From Candidatus Poribacteria bacterium (GTDB taxonomy: Bacteria > Poribacteria > WGA-4E > PCPOR2b), in the NCBI GenBank assembly GCA_965218095.1, contig OZ244587.1, forward strand, positions 4,288,001-4,352,000: a DNA stretch of 64,000 nucleotides, written 5' to 3'. Below are positions 30,943-41,901 of the stretch, one piece after another (within the stretch, counting starts at the first letter, position 1; each line of letters opens with the position of its first letter). The translations under genes and the position numbers were made by a program. The notes under the pieces are model-generated. The model had not been told where the DNA came from, made no database searches, and was given only the letters and a program-made list of their open reading frames with translations.

Positions 30943-33516
30943 TTACACGAAACACGTTTCACGTTTCGCATCGGCATCCAGGAGCGAAACAACCCCTCGA
31001 TTGCCATCAACGCGCAGGCGCTGTCCGGATTGGATGCGTCTGGTCGCCGCGGTGACGTTGACCACCGCAGGGATGCCATACTCTCGTGCGACGACAGCGC
31101 CGTGCGACAGCATACCACCACGTTCCATCACCAGTGCAGCGGCGTGAAGAAAAAGCGGCGTCCACCCCACATCCGTCGAAGGACAGACAAGGATATAATC
31201 TTTGCTGGTGACCTTTGCATCGGCTGCATCTAGGAGGACATACGCCTCACCGATAGCGACGCCAACTGATGCGCCAAGCCCCTGAATCTCGTCTTTTGTC
31301 TCAATCAATGGCGGTTCGCCGATGCGGTTCAAGGCGTCACTATAAATGACGTCCGGCAGTTCAATGCGCAATAATCGGGCGCGTTTTGCTTTGCGCTCCC
31401 CAATCACCGATCGAAGGTCTTCTCTCTGGGTGAGTAGATGCAACTCGTCAGGTGTGAGATAAAAGATACCGCCGTCAAGCTGATAGCGTCGATCGAGTTC
31501 CAGCAACGCTTGTCGGATAAGCTCATAACCGAGCATGAGATAGAATTTCGCTGTCTCTCGGAAGGGCATATACCGTTGGACGAAGTCAAGGGCGCTATCA
31601 ATCTGTTTTCGGAATCCAGCAGTTTTGCCTGCCGGCACCTCCGCCAATTTTCTTTCCGCTTCTTCCCGCTTCGCCCTTTGTGCTTCAAGATGTGTCGCCG
31701 GATTCGCATCAGGATTGGCTCGGAACGACGCAATGATCTGCTGGATATAGGAAGGGTCTTCACGCCAACGCGGCTGCGCGAGCTCAAATTCGCCGGCGGT
31801 GCGGTGGCCATACCGGTCCAGAAAGTTTTCCAGCGCAAGCTGGTCCTGTGCGACTGCCCACATCTTCAGATTGGTTTCAACCGTGAGGTCGTCTTCAACT
31901 TCCGCTTCGTGGAATCCTCGCGCAGCGGGACATGTAATCAGTAATCTGGCGAGATCTTTCGCCTCCTCCTCACCAAAACACTTTTGGAGGCTAGTTTCCA
32001 ACCGCTGATAAGAAAAGCCTGCAAACACGGTCGCTTTGAGCGCGTCCTTCGCAAATTCGTTGAGAGTCTTCTCCCGCCATTCGTAGAATTTGGCAATCAC
32101 CTGTTGATCAGATAGATCTTCAAGCGAAATCTGTTGCTGGGTCTGTACATACCGTTCAAATGCTGGAAAGATTTCTGCGGTGAGGATTTTATCAAAATCT
32201 TTACGCATACGCCATTGTTTCAGTTCAGCAGCGATTGCCTTAACGGTGTAGTAAGGGAATTTGAACCAAAACGAAGCATTACTGCGTCTGACGTTTGGGG
32301 TAGGTTGTGGATAAATTGCCTTTTGCGGGTCACGCTTGAGTTGTTCAAAGTCGTGTTCAAACAGAAAACCGCGGAAATTGAATTCGACTTCTCGGCTCAG
32401 GTTGAAGTAGAGGCGCCCACAGATCAGATCCAGCACGCCCTCCTTATCGAACCGGCGGCTGGGCAGGAACCCCAATTCACGACAGGCCATCCCAAATCCG
32501 CCTCGTCCTGACATAAATTCCTTCACGATTGCCCATGTCATCGGCAGTGGGGCAGGCAGGACTTCTGATAGATTGTATCGGCTCCAGACCGTCCCGCCTT
32601 CATCGGCTTTCTTTTCGAGGGCTTCAATCTCCTGGCAACGCAACTGCTCGATCTCCGCTGCGTCTGTGAGTGTCGTGATCGGTCGGGCCTGGAGCAGATG
32701 GAATTGTGCATCGGCGATCGTCCATTCGATATCTTGTGGTGCGCCATAAAATTCTTCAACCTGCAGGCCGATTTCGGCGAGTTCGGTGACTTGCCCGCGT
32801 CGCAGGCTTGGAATATCCCGTTGACCGATTGGCACGGTTTGGAGCCCTTCATGCGTGATCATTTTGCGTTTGGTTACGATGGTCTCCCTGATAAGCGTGA
32901 AGGTTTCCCGCGAGACAATAAAGTGATCGGGCATGACTTCGCCGGAGACGACCGATTCGCCCAACCCCCAGTTCGATTCGACGACGAGTTCATCCCCTCC
33001 GGTTGGGTTGCGTGTGAACATCACACCGGAAACTTCGGAATCAATCATCACCTGAACCACAACAGCCATCGCTAACTGTGCGTCATCGATTTCGTGGTCA
33101 CGGCGGTAGGCAATTGCGCGTTTTGACCACAGCGACCCCCAACACGCTTTGATTTTTTCCAATAACTCAGATTCCCCGGAAACATTCAGAAATGTATCCT
33201 GCTGTCCGGCAAAGCTCACGTCGGGCAGATCCTCTGCGGTGGCAGATGAGCGAACTGCAACGCTGTCTGCGCCCAATTGGTGATAAGCTGTCAAAATCTC
33301 CGATGGGAGCCCCTCCGGCAGTGTGACGGCTTGAACAGCTTTGCGCCCCGGCGCGTCAACTGCTTCGACAGCGGTACGATAGGCGTCTGTTGTCACGCAA
33401 AAACCGGGCGGCGCCACAAACCCCGCCTTTGTTAGCTTAGCGAGATTCAGCCCTTTCCCACCGACGAGGGGAAGGTCGCTATCATCGATTTCTGCAAAAT
33501 GTTTTATCCATGCCAT
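30943..33516 (-). CDS. PEP-synthase-like phosphotransferase (rifampin phosphotransferase architecture)
   Basis: GGKGLNL, AVRSSATAED, WGLGE, QARPIT and C-terminal swivel SHGAVVARE. Confidence 0.85.
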   Translation of the reverse strand: MAWIKHFAEIDDSDLPLVGGKGLNLAKLTKAGFVAPPGFCVTTDAYRTAVEAVDAPGRKAVQAVTLPEGLPSEILTAYHQLGADSVAVRSSATAEDLPDVSFAGQQDTFLNVSGESELLEKIKACWGSLWSKRAIAYRRDHEIDDAQLAMAVVVQVMIDSEVSGVMFTRNPTGGDELVVESNWGLGESVVSGEVMPDHFIVSRETFTLIRETIVTKRKMITHEGLQTVPIGQRDIPSLRRGQVTELAEIGLQVEEFYGAPQDIEWTIADAQFHLLQARPITTLTDAAEIEQLRCQEIEALEKKADEGGTVWSRYNLSEVLPAPLPMTWAIVKEFMSGRGGFGMACRELGFLPSRRFDKEGVLDLICGRLYFNLSREVEFNFRGFLFEHDFEQLKRDPQKAIYPQPTPNVRRSNASFWFKFPYYTVKAIAAELKQWRMRKDFDKILTAEIFPAFERYVQTQQQISLEDLSDQQVIAKFYEWREKTLNEFAKDALKATVFAGFSYQRLETSLQKCFGEEEAKDLARLLITCPAARGFHEAEVEDDLTVETNLKMWAVAQDQLALENFLDRYGHRTAGEFELAQPRWREDPSYIQQIIASFRANPDANPATHLEAQRAKREEAERKLAEVPAGKTAGFRKQIDSALDFVQRYMPFRETAKFYLMLGYELIRQALLELDRRYQLDGGIFYLTPDELHLLTQREDLRSVIGERKAKRARLLRIELPDVIYSDALNRIGEPPLIETKDEIQGLGASVGVAIGEAYVLLDAADAKVTSKDYILVCPSTDVGWTPLFLHAAALVMERGGMLSHGAVVAREYGIPAVVNVTAATRRIQSGQRLRVDGNRGVVSLLDADAKRETCFV

Positions 33517-33662
33517 AGCGTTATTGGTATAATGCGTAATAGAGGCCCAGGGATACAGGGATTCAGGCATGCCGAAATTGCAAGGCATCCTTGCACCCCT
33601 GAATCTTTGTATCCTTGTTTTTTTCTGAATAAGGACATCCATCAACCTTCAACTTTCAATTT

Positions 33663-34715
33663 TCAATTCCCTTGTTGCTCTGGAAACGGAGCGCGGATAT
33701 CGTAACGTCCTTCGACAAACACAGGTAGGGTGCCGCCTTCAACCATCAGATCCAGTGGATTGGGGCGTGTGGTTAGGGGAAACTTGACAACATCCTTGAT
33801 TCGCAAGGATTCATAGATTGCCATCAAGATCGCCATTGTGGTGGCGGCGTGTCTCCCCGCGTTGCGATGCTCCTCGATCTCCCCATCAAGCCACGCGATC
33901 ATCTCCTGATACTGATTCGGTTCACCCTGACGCGGCGTGATGGTCTGCCAACCAGCCACCTTGCTATTGAGTAATTCAATTGCGCCATCTTCGCCGTGCC
34001 TGAGTTGCCCATCACTCCCGTAAACGGCATCGTCGCCAAGTCCAGGCTCAGGAAGATCACTCTCGTAAATTCCGCGAATCCCCCCTTCAAAGCAGATCTC
34101 ACCCATACACAGATCTTCGCAGCGGACACGGCGTTCCCACCTATCTGTCTTACGAGACGTCTGTCCGATCAGCCACAACGGCTCCGGATCGCCGAGGATA
34201 TAGCGCATTTGGTCAATCTTGTGGGTGCCGCGATTGAGCAAGCCATGCCTATCACGGCGCAGCATCACCTGCGGTTCGCCGATAGCCCCTTCTTGAATAA
34301 GCTGTCGCGCTTCACAATTCTGGGGTGTAAAACGCTGTTGATGCCCGATAGCCAACTTCGTCCCACTCTTTTCGCAGGCAGCCATCATATCCTTCGCTTC
34401 GCCATAGGAGGCGCTCATCGGCTTCTCACCGAGAATGCCCGATACGCCTGCTTCCGTGGCAATCAGCGTGAGTTCTGCACGAACGCTCTGCCACGTTGTG
34501 ATACTCACGATATCCAACATCTCTTTTTCAAACATTTCGTGGATGTCGGTATAATGTGTGGGGAGTGAAAACTCCTCCGCCAATCTTGCGGCGGCTTCTA
34601 CGTTCATATCTGCTGTGGTCACCACTTGAGCACGACCGGTGCTTGGCCAAGCATTGGCATGAGATCTCCCCATCCCACCACAACCAATAATTCCGACACG
34701 GTATGTTTTTGCCAT
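33663..34715 (-). CDS. Gfo/Idh/MocA oxidoreductase
   Basis: IIGCGGMG and EKP motifs. Confidence 0.9.
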   Translation of the reverse strand: MAKTYRVGIIGCGGMGRSHANAWPSTGRAQVVTTADMNVEAAARLAEEFSLPTHYTDIHEMFEKEMLDIVSITTWQSVRAELTLIATEAGVSGILGEKPMSASYGEAKDMMAACEKSGTKLAIGHQQRFTPQNCEARQLIQEGAIGEPQVMLRRDRHGLLNRGTHKIDQMRYILGDPEPLWLIGQTSRKTDRWERRVRCEDLCMGEICFEGGIRGIYESDLPEPGLGDDAVYGSDGQLRHGEDGAIELLNSKVAGWQTITPRQGEPNQYQEMIAWLDGEIEEHRNAGRHAATTMAILMAIYESLRIKDVVKFPLTTRPNPLDLMVEGGTLPVFVEGRYDIRAPFPEQQGN

Positions 34716-34974
34716 AACCTTAATCTCTCCTTAAAAACCGGGGGCAAATTGTACGCGATTCTTTGCACTGAATAAGCAATTCTATGATAGCATCACCCCA
34801 TTATACCAAATTCGACGTTGCGAATCAATTATAAAGCATTCCTTGATCGGGGGCATTTCGTGGGCTCTTGAGTCGTGGACATTGAGTTTCTAACATTTTC
34901 CTTCACCCTCTTCAGCATTCCTCCCCTCGAAGGAGATTACTATTACTCATAAGCCTGCAAACCCCCATGGGGAG

Positions 34975-35049
34975 CGGACCTCTCCCTCTCGGTTTCGGTC
35001 TCCCCTTCGCTTCGGAGGGGCTGGGGGAGGTCAGGCCGGGGGAGAGGTC
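34975..35049. repeat. GC-rich palindromic intergenic repeat
   Basis: GACCTCTCCC...CCCCTTCGCTTCGGAGGGG...GGGAGAGGTC; a related element lies at 60721-60778. Confidence 0.5.
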
Positions 35050-35102
35050 AAAACCGAAACAGGAAAATTGTTGACATAAAATTCAAGGGATGCTAAACTA
35101 TT

Positions 35103-35165
35103 TTGCGTATTGCGTATTGCGTATTGCGTATTGCGTATTGCGTATTGCGTATTGCGTATTGCGTA
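35103..35165. repeat. Heptamer tandem repeat (TTGCGTA)x9
   Basis: Counted directly. Confidence 0.97.
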
Positions 35166-35240
35166 AAACAGAAGTGAGGCGGTTCTTTTACGTTTTACGT
35201 GCTTCATCGAAAACATGATGAAAACGAGATGAGGTGAAAT

Positions 35241-36128
35241 ATGAAAAGATTACCCCTCGGCCCGCTATACTATGAATTCAGTCGCCATAATGAGCCGCGC
35301 TTGCGAATTGAGCCGGGCGAGACGGTATTTGTAGAGGCAGAGGACGCATTCTCGGGCCAGATCCGCACCAACGCCGACCGGCGGGATAAGACCAAAAAAC
35401 CTTACGGCAATCCGCAAACGGGCCCGATCTGGATCAAGAACGCCGAGCCAGGGGATGCTCTGGCGGTCAAGATTGAAGAAATCCGTCCGAGCAGCGGCCA
35501 ATGCGCCACGCGCACCTCCGACCCCAAACAGCTTGCTGAGTGACTGGGCGCCGATTGTCCGCACGGCGTGCATGTCTGTCCTATCCACGACGGCAAAATC
35601 TACTGGAGCAACAAGATCGCTATTCCCTACGCCCCCATGTTGGGTTGCATTGGGACGGCACCGGATACTGGCGTACCGACAACCGGGCCGGCGGGCCCAC
35701 ACGGCGGGAATATGGACATCATTGAGACTTGCCCTGGCACCATTGTCTACCTACCGGTGTTCGTTCCGGGCGGATATTTATACCTGGGAGACGCCCACGC
35801 CGCGATGGGACATGGAGAACTTTCGGCTTCTGGACTGGAAATGCCTTCGGAGACGGTGATTACCGTCGACCTGATCAAGGATAAAAACCTGCTGGGGCCG
35901 CGAATCGAATCCCCCACAGAGATCATGACAATCGCCACAGGGTATCCGATGGAACGATCGACGGCTCAGGCTTATGCGTGGTTAATCCTGTGGATGGAAG
36001 AGGAATATGGTTGGGATCGCTGGAAGGCCTATGACATCTTGACCCATGTTGGCCAGATCTTGGTCGGCTACTATCAAATTGGGGCCGTGGCTGCCAAGAT
36101 TGCCAAAAGGTATCTGAAAAGGGATTGA
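35241..36128 (+). pseudogene. Acetamidase/formamidase family, in-frame TGA at 35541
   Basis: NPQTGPI, GGNMD and GDAHAAMGHGE; same frame on both sides of the stop. Confidence 0.85.
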
Positions 36129-36327
36129 AATCGAAAGACAAGCGTGAAAGCCCTATTGGACGGTCAGTCAGTTTCTCAGCAAGTTGTGACCGAAAGCGTT
36201 TCGCTAGAATTGCGAGGTAAGATTATGGCTACAGTATCAGTCAAAGATAAATACGTTGAGGTATTAACAGCCTTTGTCGATTGGCTGAAAGCAAACATTC
36301 AACCTATATCCAGATGAGGTGATAAGT

Positions 36328-37038
36328 ATGTACGGACAAAATGGACGAATTGGCCTGTTAGTACCGTCGGTCAACACTGTGGTTGAACCGGAGTTCGGAC
36401 GATTAGTTCCGGATGGCATGGGCGTTTACGCGGCACGAATGCGCAACAGTCGGTCGGACGTGGACGACTCCAAGGCGATGCTTCAACATGTTGAACGCGC
36501 CGCCGATGAACTCAGCAGCGCGCATGTAGACGTGATTGCCTTCGCGTGCACCGCCAGCAGTTTCGTGGAGGGCGTTGAGGGCGAAATCGAATTGCGAGAC
36601 CGTATGGAGCGGGCAGGGCAGACAAAGGCGGTGACGACGTCCGGTTCCGTTGCAGCGGCGCTACGGATGCTCGGCATTCGCCGTGTCGTGGTTGCCACGC
36701 CTTACCTGGACCAACTCAACGTCCTAGAGAAGGGTTTTCTGGAAGACGAAGGGGTTGAAATCCTCTTGATATCTGGCATGGGCATCGTCGATGCATTCAG
36801 CATTGGAAAGGTGACGCCGCAAGAGACTTACGAGTTTGCCCGCCGTGTCTGGCGGGATGACGCCGATGGGATGTTTATCAGTTGCACTAACTTGCGCACC
36901 ATTGATGTGCTGGCAAGGCTGGAAGATGAGCTCGGAAAGCCGGTTGTTTCCAGCAATTCGGCGACGTGCTGGGGGTGCTTGCGGGCGTTGGGATGTCAGG
37001 AGACGATTGAAGGATATGGTCGGCTTTTGGTATCTTGA
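36328..37038 (+). CDS. Maleate isomerase / Asp-Glu racemase family
   Basis: VPSVNTVVE, ACTASS, TPY and SCTNL. Confidence 0.88.
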   Translation: MYGQNGRIGLLVPSVNTVVEPEFGRLVPDGMGVYAARMRNSRSDVDDSKAMLQHVERAADELSSAHVDVIAFACTASSFVEGVEGEIELRDRMERAGQTKAVTTSGSVAAALRMLGIRRVVVATPYLDQLNVLEKGFLEDEGVEILLISGMGIVDAFSIGKVTPQETYEFARRVWRDDADGMFISCTNLRTIDVLARLEDELGKPVVSSNSATCWGCLRALGCQETIEGYGRLLVS

Positions 37039-37093
37039 TTAGGATTCAAGATGCAAGATTTATAAAATAAGTTTCGAAAGGATATAACAAATT

Positions 37094-37327
37094 ATGGGAA
37101 CAATCCGTTTTACATGGTGGGACCTTCAAAACTTCTTTGATACTGATATCGCTCGATAATTGGTAGCGAGTCGCGGTCTTTTGACCGGATCCGGGTTGAG
37201 TTTGGATCTGGATAGCGTTGACATCTTTCGTGATGCCTTGGTGGCGACGGGGAGTGGAAGGCCCCGCGCTTTCAGGAAAAACACAAGGAAGGGAACGTCC
37301 GACCATTTACCGCTGATAAGGTATTGA
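37094..37327 (+). pseudogene. Endonuclease/exonuclease/phosphatase remnant, internally deleted
   Basis: N-terminal WWDLQNFFDT joined to C-terminal VASRGLL...SDHLPL. Confidence 0.55.
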
Positions 37328-37408
37328 GGCTATCCACCGATGGCTGACGCGATTGACTCATGATCCAAACCTTAGTACAACACCACCAAGTATGAGAGGG
37401 AGACAAGT

Positions 37409-38176
37409 ATGAAGTTGTCCGATGAACAGGTGAATCAGTTTTGGGAAGGTGGATTCCTCATTGTGGAGAATTTGCTTGATGAGGATGAGGTCGCTACGCT
37501 CCTGGCGCGCGCCGAATGGGTGGCGAGCGGGAATGCTTCCCACATCCCGACAACGCAACTCCAGGTGGAGCCTCGCGTGGTCGAAGGAGAGGTTCAGGCA
37601 GAGACCTACGCCGATTCCCTGCGGAAGATGGGTCACCTCGCGTTCTACGACGAGGGCTTTCAAAACCACGCCCGCAACCCGAAGATTCTGGACATCATCG
37701 AATCCCTGCTGGGGCCCGATATCAAGCTCTATCAAGACCAACTCTTTATGAAGCCGCCACGAATCGGCTCCCGGCAACGTTACCATCAGGATATGCCGCT
37801 CGGCTTCTACATTGACCCACCCGAATTGGTGACCTGCTGGGTGGCGCTCACCAATTCGACAATCGAGAATGGGTGCGTCTGGATGCTGCCGGGTACTCAT
37901 AAGTTTGGCATTACTGAAAAGTCGGTATGGGCGAAATACGAGCAGATGTCGGTTGAAGGGCGTCTGCCCGAGGAACGTCCGCTGGAAATGAAGGCGGGCG
38001 ATTGCAGCTTTCACCACGGTTTAATCATCCACAGCAGCCGCCCCAACCTGACAAATCAACGGCGACGCGGCTATGCGACGCACTATGTCAGCGCCCACTG
38101 TCGATATACAGGCCCGCCCGAAAGAGAAAACGATGCGATGCTTATGCGGGGCAGGTCAATACCAAGGTGCATCTAA
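37409..38176 (+). CDS. Phytanoyl-CoA dioxygenase (PhyH) family
   Basis: HQD, ENGCVWMLPGTH and HSSRPN. Confidence 0.92.
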   Translation: MKLSDEQVNQFWEGGFLIVENLLDEDEVATLLARAEWVASGNASHIPTTQLQVEPRVVEGEVQAETYADSLRKMGHLAFYDEGFQNHARNPKILDIIESLLGPDIKLYQDQLFMKPPRIGSRQRYHQDMPLGFYIDPPELVTCWVALTNSTIENGCVWMLPGTHKFGITEKSVWAKYEQMSVEGRLPEERPLEMKAGDCSFHHGLIIHSSRPNLTNQRRRGYATHYVSAHCRYTGPPERENDAMLMRGRSIPRCI

Positions 38177-38209
38177 AAAACGGCGGAGGCGGCGAGACCG
38201 GGATGGATT

Positions 38210-38556
38210 ATGATGAATCTTGAGATAGTGGAAGGCAATCTTCTCGATCAAGACGTTGATGTAATCGTGAACACCTGGAGCCGTAATATCATTCCCTGGT
38301 GGCTTCTCCTGCCACAAGGCGTGTCAGGCGCGATTAAAAAACACGCGGGTTATGGGCCCTTTCGGGAACTTCGCAAACGCGGTTCCATTCTGCTTGGTCA
38401 AGCCGTTATGACTGAGGCCGGAAAACTCCCTCATAAACCATTATTTACGTTGCGGGAATCAATATGCTGTAGCGTGCGAGTGAACACTCCATCCATGATT
38501 CAGTCAAGAACGCCCTGGTGGTTGCGAAAGAGTGGGATTTCGATTATATCTCGTAA
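38210..38556 (+). pseudogene. Macro domain protein, frameshifted
   Basis: DVIVN...GVSGAI; continuation IIYVAGINML*RAS in a shifted frame. Confidence 0.75.
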
Positions 38557-38616
38557 ATTGAAAACGAGTTAAGCCTATCTTCATAGAGAGAATTGGCAGA
38601 AGGAGGTCGATAAATA

Positions 38617-39540
38617 GTGCGTTATCCGCAAGCGGTGCTTGTGTCCTGCGAGATACCGTGGGACGAAAACGAGAACTTGATGGAAGATGTGTTTCGAATG
38701 GAAGTTCAGCACACCCTCAAAGCGGGGTTCAACCATTTATACATCTTTGGCACAGCCGGTGAGGGCCACGCGGTTAATACGGCCCGCTTTCAACAGATTG
38801 TCCAGATTTTCTACGAAGAAACATGTGGTCCGGATGTCCACCCGATGGTTGGGGCGATCGGTCTGTCCACGGCGAATATTGCCGAGCGTGTGGGTTTCGC
38901 TCATGACGTTGGCTTTCGCACGTTTCAAACCGTCCTGCCGAGTTGGGGAGCACTGAACGATGCCGAGTTGATGACCTTCTTCAAAGATCTATGCAGCACG
39001 TTCCCTGACTCGCAGTTTTTGCACTACAACTTGCCGCGTGCCAAGCGTGTCCTCGGCGGCGCAGAGTATCGGCGATTAATCGACGCCGTGCCCAACCTCG
39101 TGGCGACGAAGACGACCAGCGGAGGTCTGCCTGGAGCAGGCGATCTGATGCGCCATGCGTCCGAGCTCCAACACTTCTTCGGCGAATGGAACTTTCCGCA
39201 CGGCTGCATGTTCGGCGAATGTTCGCTGCTGGCGTCCTTTGGGCCAATGACGCCCCACAAGACGCGGGAGTATTTTGAAGCGGGTCGGGCGCGACAAATC
39301 GAAAGGCTCTTTCAGTTGCAACACGACTTTCACAGGGTAAGCATGGATGTCCTTAGCCCAGTGCGGGATAAGGAACGGATAGACGGCGCTTATGACAAAA
39401 TCATTGTACGCTTGGGTGGCCTGGAAGAAATGCCCTTGCACTTGCTCTCGCCGTATCAGAACTTCACAGAAGCGGAGTATCAAGCCTGCAAGCGGATACT
39501 CCATGAAAAGTACCCAGAGTGGGTTCGGAGGGAATCATGA
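38617..39540 (+). CDS. DHDPS/NAL-family class I aldolase
   Basis: GTAGEG, HYNLP and Schiff-base Lys in VATKTTSG. Confidence 0.85.
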   Translation: MRYPQAVLVSCEIPWDENENLMEDVFRMEVQHTLKAGFNHLYIFGTAGEGHAVNTARFQQIVQIFYEETCGPDVHPMVGAIGLSTANIAERVGFAHDVGFRTFQTVLPSWGALNDAELMTFFKDLCSTFPDSQFLHYNLPRAKRVLGGAEYRRLIDAVPNLVATKTTSGGLPGAGDLMRHASELQHFFGEWNFPHGCMFGECSLLASFGPMTPHKTREYFEAGRARQIERLFQLQHDFHRVSMDVLSPVRDKERIDGAYDKIIVRLGGLEEMPLHLLSPYQNFTEAEYQACKRILHEKYPEWVRRES

Positions 39541-40295
39541 CATCACTCAATTTCAAACCGAGAACACCTGTTTTTGACGCCAATGTTCGAGTGGGCGATC
39601 TACGAGAGGAACCATCTCCTTGCCGCAGCCGGGACGAATTGCTGGCTGAAATGGATAGGCATGGAGTGGAACGGGCGCTCGTTTACCACGCCCAGGCCGA
39701 AACCATCAGCTCCATTGACGGCAATTGCTACCTGGAAGCGTGGTTGGGCGATGATGGACGCACCTACCCCCAGTGGCTGGTTATGCCCACAGCCGATTCT
39801 CTCGCCCAGATTCAGAGGCTTCACGCCGGGGGGAAAGTTCAGTGCGTGCGGTTGTACGATACCCGGCCGGTAGGACTGCCCTTCCGCCCCTGGGCTTACG
39901 ATACCCTCCTTTCGTGGTTAAGCGATGCCCGTATCCCAGCCTGGGTGTCCCTGCCGGAGGCCGCCCCCGATGAATTGGTAACAACGCTCCGGGCTTACCC
40001 CGATCTCGTAACGGTTTTGGTGGGAGCGCATTACACTCATACCCTGTGGGTACGGCCAATCTTAGCCGCTTTGCCCAATGCTCACCTGGAGTTGAGCCGT
40101 TATGAACCGATCGGCGAGGTAGAAGCCTTGTGCGATGAGTTTGGGGTAGAGCGGTTGGTCTACGGTTCGTGGTATTCGCGCTACGCGATGGGAACGATGT
40201 TGTTTTATCTGTACCACACCAACCTGAACGATGCCGAATTGGCGTTGGTTTGTGCGGGCAACCTTGAGCGTATTTTACCAAGAGGAACACAATGA
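39537..40295 (+). CDS. Amidohydrolase-fold protein lacking metal ligands
   Basis: Amidohydro_2 pattern, but DANVR in place of DxHxH and YGSWY in place of FGSD. Confidence 0.75.
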   Translation: MTSLNFKPRTPVFDANVRVGDLREEPSPCRSRDELLAEMDRHGVERALVYHAQAETISSIDGNCYLEAWLGDDGRTYPQWLVMPTADSLAQIQRLHAGGKVQCVRLYDTRPVGLPFRPWAYDTLLSWLSDARIPAWVSLPEAAPDELVTTLRAYPDLVTVLVGAHYTHTLWVRPILAALPNAHLELSRYEPIGEVEALCDEFGVERLVYGSWYSRYAMGTMLFYLYHTNLNDAELALVCAGNLERILPRGTQ

Positions 40296-41041
40296 TTGAA
40301 GGAACCCAGGTCATCGACTTCCACGGGCATGTCGGCCGCTGGGACCAATACGGTATGATAGATGATCCGTACCTGATGCTCCGCGCCATGGACTCCGCCG
40401 GAATCGACAAATCCTGCCTTTTCAACATCTTCCACCCTGATGGTACAACGGGCAACGACCTGCTCGCCCGTTTTGTGGCGCAGCATCCGGATCGTTTCAT
40501 CGGCTTTGCCTACGTCTCACCGACCCTGCCGGAGCGCATGATACCCGAGCTAGAACGCGCGATTGACGGACTAAAATTTCCCGCCATCAAGCTCTATCCC
40601 CCCTATGCACCTTGGCCGTTCAACCAACCGCAGTGGCAGCCCATCTACGAATTTGCGAACGAGCGCGGACTCGCTGTTCTCTTTCATACTGATGGAGGCG
40701 AGTTAAGCCGCCCCCGGTATCTGAGCGAGATCGCGCCGCAGTATCCAAACGCCAAGTTTGTTTCCGGGCATTCCGGCAACGTTGCTGAACCCCGAGCCGA
40801 AGCCATCGCTGCGGCGCAGGCGCACCCCAACGTCTATCTCGAAACCTGCTCGACCTATCGCACCCCTGGCGTGATTGAGCAATTGGTGAATGAAGCGGGC
40901 GCCGACCAGGTGCTGTTTGGGTCTGATACACCCTTGATGGACCCGCGTCCCCAAATCGGTAAGATCATCACCGCTGATATTTCTGATGAAGCCAAGCGAC
41001 AGATCTTAGGTGACAACGCTCGGCGGTTATTGGGAATTTAA
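40292..41041 (+). CDS. Amidohydrolase 2 family
   Basis: IDFHGH, FHT, GHSG and LFGSDTP. Confidence 0.9.
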   Translation: MIEGTQVIDFHGHVGRWDQYGMIDDPYLMLRAMDSAGIDKSCLFNIFHPDGTTGNDLLARFVAQHPDRFIGFAYVSPTLPERMIPELERAIDGLKFPAIKLYPPYAPWPFNQPQWQPIYEFANERGLAVLFHTDGGELSRPRYLSEIAPQYPNAKFVSGHSGNVAEPRAEAIAAAQAHPNVYLETCSTYRTPGVIEQLVNEAGADQVLFGSDTPLMDPRPQIGKIITADISDEAKRQILGDNARRLLGI

Positions 41042-41208
41042 CCCGAGATTTGCTACCTTTGACGAGATTGGCTCATTTTCTAAACTGATGCCCCTCAAAT
41101 CCGAGACGGCTGGAAGGAAAGGAAGGAAGAAACGGGCGTTGCGCCGTTTTCTTCCGCTTGACCGACAATCTACCAACACTCGTATTTCCGTTAAACTGGA
41201 GGGTTTCG

Positions 41209-41880
41209 ATGAAAGAAAGCATTAATTTCAAAGTCGGTGATGTTGTTTCCGTTAAACCTGACGTGGAAGATCCGGATTTGGGGATTAACATCGAAGGCTG
41301 GCAAGGCAGGATTTCAGAAATTCGCCGGGAAACCAACATTATCGCTGTGGATTGGGATAGTGTGACATTGAAAAATATGGCAAATTCAGTCATTGATAAA
41401 TGTGAAGAAGAGGGGTTTAGACTGGAGTAAAATACACTTTGAGCCTACGGAGGTTGAGTTATCCACCCCCAGAGACACGGCAGAAGATGTTGCTAGGATA
41501 ATTGACAAACTTGAGGCAGAACACGCCTAGAGTCATTTGGGAAAAGAGGGCAGACGTATCCAAGCTATTAGCCGATATTGACCCTGATGATGAATGGGCG
41601 GTTTTTGAAGCGTGGGAAGCACATCTGCGTAGGGTAAGTTTTGAGTTTCTCCTTTGAAGCTGAAGTCGCTGAATTTCAAGAGCGAGGCCCCCTCCAATCA
41701 GGAGACCGTGTCACTGTGCAGGGAATTACAGACGTAGACGATTTGTATGGTGTCCTCATTAAAATCAAACATAAGCACAGGACGTATCATTTTCCGCTTT
41801 GCGACTTGGAAGTCACAGATCACAACTCCCCGAATTACGATTTTCTTCGGGCGTATGTTGTTTGGTTTGCGAATCGGTAA
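41209..41880 (+). pseudogene. Calcium-binding (CcbP-like) domain protein, disrupted
   Basis: GWQGRI and DDLYGV...FPLCDLE...YVVWFANR; frameshifts and TAG at 41528. Confidence 0.7.
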
Positions 41881-41901
41881 TCCGAAGAAAGGAAGGCGAC
41901 A

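Noticed and set aside
33517-33645. N-terminal extension of the phosphotransferase
   Set aside because: Translates an intergenic repeat; the family start is MAWIKHF
35103-35165. CRISPR array
   Set aside because: Pure tandem heptamer without spacers; no cas genes and no repeat-spacer array seen anywhere in the window
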